A stretch of DNA of 64,000 nt, taken from Epithemia pelagica (taxonomy: Eukaryota; Protista; Bacillariophyta). Both the position numbers and the translations under genes were made by a program. The notes beneath the pieces are model-generated. The model was not told where the DNA came from and did no database searches. It saw only the letters and a program-made list of their open reading frames with translations. Below are positions 56,462-64,000 of this stretch, one piece after another. Every line of letters begins with the position of its first letter. The first letter of the stretch is position 1. The stretch lies in NCBI GenBank assembly GCA_946965045.2, contig OX337230.1:2418001-2482000 (forward strand), given 5' to 3'.

Positions 56462-59044
56462 CTAATGATACGATTGTCGGGACGAGGCCAATTCTCTGGC
56501 AAATAAGCGGCTCGGTAAGCTGATCGGTTCCACTCCAGTCCGGATCATTTCGGCCCGTTCTTCCGATGAGAGGTCCCGTAGCGCCTTTTGAATATCCAAG
56601 ACTCGTTTCTTGTGATAACGACGGCGATGAATGTTGTCTTCTCGAAGACACTGCAAGGCCATCATTTCCAAACCGAGTCGATTGTACGATTCCAACAAGC
56701 ATTCATTCAGCACCTTCTTGGCACCATTGGGCAAGGTGAACACGCGAGTCTTAGATGAGCGATCGTCGTCCGAGTCCTTCTCCTCCTTCGATTTTTCTGA
56801 TGTTGGGCCGGGGGTTTTCGATTGTCCGGCACGACAACAAGCCAAATAAACCCCGTTAACAACACCCTTGTACCGGAGGTCAACGGCTTCTTGACTCAAG
56901 GCTAGTTTCTCAACTTCTGAGTTGGCGTCTTGTCGAAAAGCAAAGTGTTCCGCCCTGGAATACCAGCATTCGGCCGTGGCATCTTTATTGACGGCCGAAC
57001 CGATTGTGATCACTTGACTATCGTCGTAACTAACCTTCTTTTGAGGTTTGGAAGGCGACTGAGTATCTTTCACTGTGGCGTCTTCCTCTACTAATCTTCG
57101 TGTCCGACTGGATCTTCGTCTTGGTCGAACGGGTTGCGACGAGACGACTTCAATATTGTCTTCTCCTCGCGCCACGGTATCTTTGGTGGCCGGGACTTGA
57201 GGTGCAGCCGATTTGGCCACCACTTTTCCAATGGCATGGGCAAACAATCGAGCCGGTCGTGTCACGCGTTCCACCCCTCGGAAAATAGCTTCCGCCTTTC
57301 GATCCGCCGACATGAATCCCACCTTGCGATTTTGGACACCTCCAATGATGCGTAGCAATTGTTTCCGCCGGGTACTAGCATCGTTCTGAATGGCCGGTGC
57401 AGCAATGATTTCCATTCCCAAATGCCATTGATTTGCATCAACGTCTCCGACAACCTTGTTGACCAATTGGTCGTCCTCCTCCTGTTGTTGGGTCGGATCA
57501 TCGCTGCCGCTTGATGTACTGCGGGTACCCCGCTCGGAACCGGTACCCGGACCCCGGCAACAGGAGAGGTAAAGACGGACCACCACTTGAGGGTAACTTG
57601 AACCATCCGTCTTGTTGTTGGAGGCCAGAACTTGAGCGACTTGCTGAATTGTTTCCCCTCTGAATTTCAGGTATTCGTTTGCGGAATGCCAGCAATCATC
57701 CAAGCATCCCGAGTTGGCGGCACAACCGGCAAAGACGGTACTGAGATTGGAATCAAAACGAACTTTTTTCTTCTTGGTCTTGTTCACGTTCATGTTGCTG
57801 ACAGATGTGGACCGAAGCAAGTTTCGCGCCTTGTTGGCCATGACGGCTGAGTTTTCCTTGGCTTGGCTGGGTCGGCCAGTACTACTATCCGAACTTCGCG
57901 TGGAGTGCGCCGATCCCCGTTCGAGGGACTTTGGTATGGTCATGTCCGATCCCGCATGTTCTTTGGCCTTTTTAGCGGCAAGATTGACCGAATCAGCTCG
58001 TTGCAGCAGAGCATGCATGGATCGAGCTCCCTTTTTCAGTTTCCGTCGAGCCTGTCGGTGTGTGGAGGACGAATCGAGTGGCTCGGAACAAGTGTTGTGA
58101 CTAGTCGATGTTCGGCTGCTGCTACTACGAATCGAAGAATTGTTCGCATTGTCCTGTTGAGACGTTGTCATGCGTTCCCGTCGTTTGGACCGACTTTTTG
58201 GTCGATGTACACCAGACGAGGATGATGCCGATTGTATCGATTCATCTCCACTACTGTCGGTCATGACACGAGCCAAATCCATCGAATCAGATCGTTGGAG
58301 TAAATTGCGCATGGATTTGGTCCTGTTGGGGGTCTTTCGAAATGATGGCGCTCGTGGTTGTTCTAGTTGGTCCTTGACGAGAGCCGACTTGCTCTTGTCG
58401 TGAAAAGAGGTGGGTAAGGAAGAGAGTGAAACTTGACGTTTCATGGAGAATCTCCGCGCTTCTACAGGCTCATTTTGCATTGTTGAAGCCGTAGCAATTC
58501 CCGAAGGCGCCACCGAGGGAGTCCCTTGTTGTTTGCTGGACCTTCGTTTGGAACGTTTCAAGAGTACAGAATCGTCTCGCTGCAACAAGGAACGCATGGA
58601 CCCACCCAATCTTCGTGAAGACTGAACTTTTCTCGACTGTGCAAATTGTTGTTGTCGTTGTTTCTTGAGGGAATGATGGGAGGATGAACCCAAAGATTCC
58701 TGAAAGCCCTTTGCAGCGCTTTGTTTATACAGAAAACTAGAGGAATTCTCTAAGAGGGTTTCATCCTCCTCCTTGGAGATGGACTGAGGAGACATGTTGA
58801 AGCCCACCAGAGAATTGGAATTGAGACCGGATGATGAATTGTTTGGGTTTCCCTTGGCGGTCCGACTACTTCGAGCCGAAACAGAGGACTCTGATTCATC
58901 CATGGTAGAGAGAGTGGCACAAGAGTCCTGCGTGGATAAGGAGCTACACGAAGTAAAGGGTGTAGCGTCCGATGAGGATGATGCTAGGGATTGCGACGAC
59001 GGTGTTCGTTTCGAAGAGTATTGAGCGAGACCTGGTCGACCCAT
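56462..59044 (-). CDS. 860-aa Ser/Arg-rich protein with two copies of a C-terminal conserved module
   Basis: Single long ORF with a low-complexity N-terminal half. Repeat modules KKKVRFD...CWHSANEYLKFR...LYLSCC...LGMEI...RRKQ...RPARLFAHAI and KKVSYD...CWYSRAEHFAFR...VYLACC...LGLEM...RRRYH...LPSRLFAREL. Confidence 0.8.
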   Translation of the reverse strand: MGRPGLAQYSSKRTPSSQSLASSSSDATPFTSCSSLSTQDSCATLSTMDESESSVSARSSRTAKGNPNNSSSGLNSNSLVGFNMSPQSISKEEDETLLENSSSFLYKQSAAKGFQESLGSSSHHSLKKQRQQQFAQSRKVQSSRRLGGSMRSLLQRDDSVLLKRSKRRSSKQQGTPSVAPSGIATASTMQNEPVEARRFSMKRQVSLSSLPTSFHDKSKSALVKDQLEQPRAPSFRKTPNRTKSMRNLLQRSDSMDLARVMTDSSGDESIQSASSSSGVHRPKSRSKRRERMTTSQQDNANNSSIRSSSSRTSTSHNTCSEPLDSSSTHRQARRKLKKGARSMHALLQRADSVNLAAKKAKEHAGSDMTIPKSLERGSAHSTRSSDSSTGRPSQAKENSAVMANKARNLLRSTSVSNMNVNKTKKKKVRFDSNLSTVFAGCAANSGCLDDCWHSANEYLKFRGETIQQVAQVLASNNKTDGSSYPQVVVRLYLSCCRGPGTGSERGTRSTSSGSDDPTQQQEEDDQLVNKVVGDVDANQWHLGMEIIAAPAIQNDASTRRKQLLRIIGGVQNRKVGFMSADRKAEAIFRGVERVTRPARLFAHAIGKVVAKSAAPQVPATKDTVARGEDNIEVVSSQPVRPRRRSSRTRRLVEEDATVKDTQSPSKPQKKVSYDDSQVITIGSAVNKDATAECWYSRAEHFAFRQDANSEVEKLALSQEAVDLRYKGVVNGVYLACCRAGQSKTPGPTSEKSKEEKDSDDDRSSKTRVFTLPNGAKKVLNECLLESYNRLGLEMMALQCLREDNIHRRRYHKKRVLDIQKALRDLSSEERAEMIRTGVEPISLPSRLFARELASSRQSYH

Positions 59045-62000
59045 GGTGGACTTGGGAAAGCAACGATGCTTTCGTTCACTTTTGAGGGTTTGTCCCTATC
59101 TCTTTCGAGTTTGGTAGATTGATCGTGATTTGCGGGAGTCGCGTTGGGTTGATATCTATGGCGTCGAGGAAAGGAGACTGAATCAACCAAAGGCAAATAT
59201 ACAATATACTCTTCTCTCACTACTCGCTCTGTCGTTGTAAGGATTGGGCCATGAAGCAAGGAGAAGCTTGACTGCAAACTTGTTCGCGTCGTTGGTGCAG
59301 ACTTTCACCTCTGTAACAACATTTCTCTTGTTTGTTATCCATGCACAAAGCACATGTGCATGTGCAGGAAACGTCGATCTCGGTTACGAGAAACCTCATG
59401 AACTAACGCCCAACGAGAAACAAAATACAGTACTATTGGGATCTTTCATCGCTTTATAAGACATACAGAGAAACTATGAGTCCGTGATTGGTTGGTATTA
59501 AGGAATCAACTATGCCACATAGATCACTTTAAAAGACCTTCTTTCCTTCAACGACATTTCAAATGAGATCAATTTCTACTTTTATAGACCTGCTCAATCT
59601 ATTACTTATTGTAGTTTTTGAGTTGCTAGTTGGTATCCTCAATGGTTAAAACGAGCGACTATACACTTTGTAATCGTTGTCTGTACAGTAATTACGAGAT
59701 GACTGCGTATTGGGGCTACTCGTATTGATGATTCAGGATTCAGGACATTTTCCGCGTGGGGATGCACGTTTTTGGCAGGTTGGCGTCTGGCTGCATGTCC
59801 GACGATAAAAGATGAGAAGTGATTACGCCCAATACATTTCCGTTACGATCGGGATCATGACTCGGGATGGGGGATTGCAACCCTCAGATTAGGTGTCCGC
59901 TTCTTAGCCAATTTGATGCGACCGACCCTGCGGTCTGTCTGTGACCACGATGATTGCTCCACAGTCCGTCCTTCTCCCCGTTAAAACTCACAAAAGCAAA
60001 AACGTCATCTAGAATGGCCGGCGTGAAAGTGACCGTTGATGGTTGGCGGGCGTCCTCTGATCAACACGATTGAAATTTCGGACGCTGGCGACAACCTCTC
60101 ATAAAATCGTGAGGACAAAATCTGTAGTAGGGCCGACCAAAACACAAAACACTGATCACGGACCAATATGACCATGGTGCAGTCGTTGTCGATTGAGTGC
60201 GTCTTTCCTATAGTTGCTGTGTGATCTTTTGTTCCTTCTGTAGGATTGATAGTATCTTTGCCCATTTTCTCATTATTAGGCTTGTCACCCCCGTGCTTTG
60301 AGTTCTCTAGTAGGTAGGTGACGCTTTGGTTTCGTCGTAGCGATAATATGTGGCTGATTGTCACTACTTTATAGGCTACGATCTGCTCCTGAAGTCTGGT
60401 CAAATGCTCATGGAGGAAAATGCTTAGTGTTATTTGTTTCTTCTTAAAGGTGAAGACGAGAAAGGAGTGGGATGAAAGCAATGAACAATGAACACGAGAG
60501 TCCAGACTCCACCATGACACCGTTAACATTGATATTTACCCCTATGACTACGATATACGGTATGATAAAGACTAGGAATTCTACGTAGACTAGTATCAAA
60601 GTAAAAGGGCTACAAACTACAAATGAATCAATCATCAAGACTAATCAGCAATGTCAGAGTGGTGAGACATGAGATGTCGCAGTCGCAAGGATTCCAGAAA
60701 ATGGCAAACACAAGCAGGCAGCAGGGAGGGACACTTCTAGTAGTAACAGCTTTGTCTTTTCTGACTTACCTTACTTGCATGGAAGCTGACAAACCATGGA
60801 CATGGGTGCCGTGATTGAGATTCGTTGTTCGTTTGCCTTTTTGGAGGAATGAGACTGAATTTGAACCGTCATGCACGCTGGGCCGTTCGAACTGTTTTGA
60901 ATTGTGACAAAGTAATGCCGGCGTGTCCTTTCTGATTTTTGATGGAAAATGGGATGAGAATGGAGAAAAAAAACCTGTTTGGCTGTCTGTGAGATTGGAT
61001 ATCTGCTTTCCGGGCAGCCTTGCTAAGAAGCGGACATCTAATCTGAGCTCTTATTAACTCTCAATTAAAAACAAGGAAATCCCAAGCGAGTATATCTGCT
61101 TTGACTAGTTTTGTTTTAATATTCGTGACGGATCGGTAGGAAAGGAAGTATTGACTATTGACATTTTTTTACTTCTGCTCATTTGGTCGTACTGGCAATA
61201 CTACGAGTACTACTAGAGGACTGTAGCATCTCGATCTAGGGTAGCCCCAATCCCCAATGGTGAATGATCAAGTGCCCTACTCCTTTTCTATTCCTATATT
61301 TCTACTAGAGGACTAGTTCTACTAGAGGAGTTCGAATTTGCATGCATAGCAATAGCCCTTCTACCTTCTAGCTTCAGAAATAAAATGCCCAGTCCCCGTC
61401 CCCAGCCCCAACAGGTCCCAATCCCAAGTCCCAATGGAGAATGCAGATAAATAATAAAGAGTCTGGTGCTGGTGGAAACATAGTACGAGCTCCATCAATC
61501 GATATGGGTAACCGTAGTGGCCCGTGCTTTTCATACCCCCACTGTTTTTTCTACAGTGATTCTAACTTCGTAGGGACACCACTACGGTCATTTTGCACTG
61601 CGTAACACCACCATGACACACTCAAGCCGGTGTGCACCTCCAACGAAAGGTGCCAGCTCTCTTGCGACCATCAAGGATGCCTAAGAATCAAGTGTACCGT
61701 GAGGGAATGGGCGGGCAGGGATGAGTTGGCTTTTTTTATGGACCGACGGCAAGGTTTTGAAGTCTTCCTTATTTGGCATCCGAAACAGAGGAAGTGACCT
61801 TGAGAAGAAGACGACGACAACCGATAGAATGCATCCAGCAAGTCACCGATCATACGTCCGCATGCAGCAATCAACTCCTCGTCACTTAATAGACCGAGCA
61901 CAACATTGGAAAGCCTCGACCGTTGGTGGCTCAAACGCAACAAAAGCTGATTTGTCCAGACAAAACAAACGTGAACCGTGGGTGGAAGGACTGCTTCTAC

Positions 62001-62099
62001 TGCGACAGACGATGGTGGTGCCGGTGGTGCGGCTGATTCCCACAGCACAATTTGAGTGGAAGAAGGAGGGGATGCCGTGAAGCTGATGGGCGGTGGTCG

Positions 62100-62890
62100 A
62101 AGAGCCTTGCGAGTCGACAACACTCGGCAACAACAACAACAACCCAAAACCCAAACACAACAATCAACTACTCACTCCTCGCTGCCACCGAACGAACAAC
62201 AACAACACTCGGCAACAACACTCGACAACGACACTCGGCGGCAAGACTCGGCGACAAGATGGTGTGGTCGTCCTCCTTCTTCTACCGTGCGACGAAACAA
62301 TCAACTCCTCGTCTTTTCGTTGCCCTCACCCAACAAATCGAAGCCTCGTCCACTGGTGGTAACAAGCGACGACAACGACAACCACAAGCGGCTCAACTAC
62401 AAATGGCGAAACAATCGGCGACGATGTCACAGCTGATCGATCGAATGAACGAACGAACGAAAGAACGAATGAACGACAACAACAACACTCGGCGACAACA
62501 AAAATCCAAACACAACAATCAACTACTCACCGCCACTGATCGAACGAACGAACGAATGAACAAACAACAACAAAAACAACACTCGGCAACAACAACAACA
62601 ACAACAACAACAACAACCCCCACGCAACAATCAACTATTCGCTGTCAGCGAACCCTCTGCCCGAGACTGTGCCCTTCAACAACAGCAAGCGGTGACAACG
62701 ACAAGCGACGACAACGGCATGCGACAAGACAGCAAGCGGCAACAACGACAAGCGGCGACAACGACAAGCGACGACAGCGACATCCGACGACAATGACATA
62801 CTCAACAATCAACTGCTCGTTTCGGCCAAACGGCAAAACATTCGGCGACCACGGCACGGCAACAGCACCATACTCAACACCGAAACGATT
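62100..62890 (+). repeat. Low-complexity CAA/CGACAA-rich repeat block with CAACAATCAACT motifs
   Basis: Repeated ACACTCGGC(A/G)ACAAC, (CAA)n, CGAA runs, and CAACAATCAACT at about 62158, 62512, 62625 and 62803. The overlapping ORFs are compositionally biased. Confidence 0.8.
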
Positions 62891-64000
62891 GCCTATTGTA
62901 CGACCTACGACACAGAGAAGCATGTACTAAGCTAGATAGATGTTCTGTACTAGTAGCTGTTTATATGCATACTCGTAGAGGAGGCGGGTTGATTATTGTG
63001 CTAGCGCCGCCTCACCATGGTGATGGTGTGGGTGCAGTTGGTGAGAAGAATCTCGCAACAACATGAGGGCAATTCATTTTACTTTAGGAAAATGTATGGT
63101 GTAGTGAATCTCGTAGGGCCGGAAGTTCAACCGAGTATCGGAAACGTGAAGCACGGGCCACTACGGTTACCCATATCGATTGATGGAGCTCGTACTGTAA
63201 TATTAGGTGATCATTTAACTTTTGTCTTAGGGACGTCCCAGCCAAAAGTCAAACGTCAAAGGTCAAAGTCAGACCTACAACTCACAACTCACACCGTAGT
63301 CGGCAAGGACGGTGACTGGCGCATATCGCCCATTGCTCTTACCACCCAGCTGGTGTGAGTACAGGTCGCTCATGAGTCGAATGCGCGATGCGCATTCTTA
63401 TACTCAATGCATCGAAGATGCTGACCAGCCTGCGACCTGGAATCACCCTCTCTGGGGAATACCATTGCTCACAGGCTTTGGTTTTTCTTTCTGTCCCGTC
63501 TCCCGTCACGCACGACTCCTCCATCATCATCATCATCATATCCATAATCCATAGAGGAAAATGATGTAGAAATTAGAAATTATCGTGGGGTAAAGGTAAA
63601 GAGTAAAGAGCCCTCGATTTGTCCAGTCAGAATCCCGATCACGTCGCACGTCTGTCGTTGTGTCTTCTTTGTTTCTCCACATCGATCGACCCGAGATACG
63701 ACAAAAGCGAAATTGTCCGAACGACAGATCCTACAGATGGTAGTTTTTACGCGGGTGTCTTTGGATTGCTACAGCGACGCACCGTCTCGCTACAAAGTGT
63801 CTTCTAGAGCAAGCCACAAAAGTACCAGCTAGCTTTGCTCTTTTGCCCCTAGGAGTCGGTCTAGGCGTACTCCTAGTTGGTAGTTGACCCCGTTGTTGAA
63901 CATGTTTACAGCTGACAACCTTCATTCATTCCGCTTTTCCGCTCCATACTCGGCTACAAGTATATGGTTGTGGTTTGTGGTTGGTTACTTGTCGCGTCCC

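Noticed and set aside
62052-62930. 292-aa ORF and overlapping ORFs as real genes
   Set aside because: Open frames arise from stop-poor CAA/CGACAA repeats; the composition is T/Q/N/R-biased in all frames.
1-64000. rRNA or tRNA genes
   Set aside because: No cloverleaf with both D and T-loop consensus and no rRNA signature was recognised by eye; tRNAscan-SE and barrnap would be decisive.

Overview
Eukaryotic, most likely diatom, nuclear DNA; the diatom call is inferred from CoDi-type copia elements, short GT-AG introns, an ASAFAP-like presequence and RRL-motif secreted proteins. Host genes: a type II membrane protein, a monoacylglycerol lipase-like hydrolase, a P/U-type cyclin, a long PEX11, a secreted two-domain protein, a complete alpha-beta NAD(P) transhydrogenase with a plastid-type presequence, a HECT E3 ligase, a KGKG/PTPK-repeat spondin protein, an MFS transporter and an 860-aa protein with a duplicated diatom-type module. 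Mobile DNA: two full-length Ty1/copia elements (17295-25646 and 40362-47229), a Penelope-like RT/GIY-YIG element with a hammerhead-like core, PIF/Harbinger and hAT MITEs, copia and LINE relics, and a ~190-bp satellite array. Main structural finding: the NNT gene appears to have been inverted with staggered breaks, leaving inverted duplications of both ends (PEX11/NNT 3' junction; NNT/HECT shared 5' region), with about 22 kb of TE-rich DNA at the left junction. Copia-2 has TA...TA LTR ends and an in-frame gag-UGA-pol junction inside a perfect hairpin. Copia-1 has an extra ORF upstream of gag and a 60-bp micro-inversion in its integrase. All calls were made by eye; no database searches were run.
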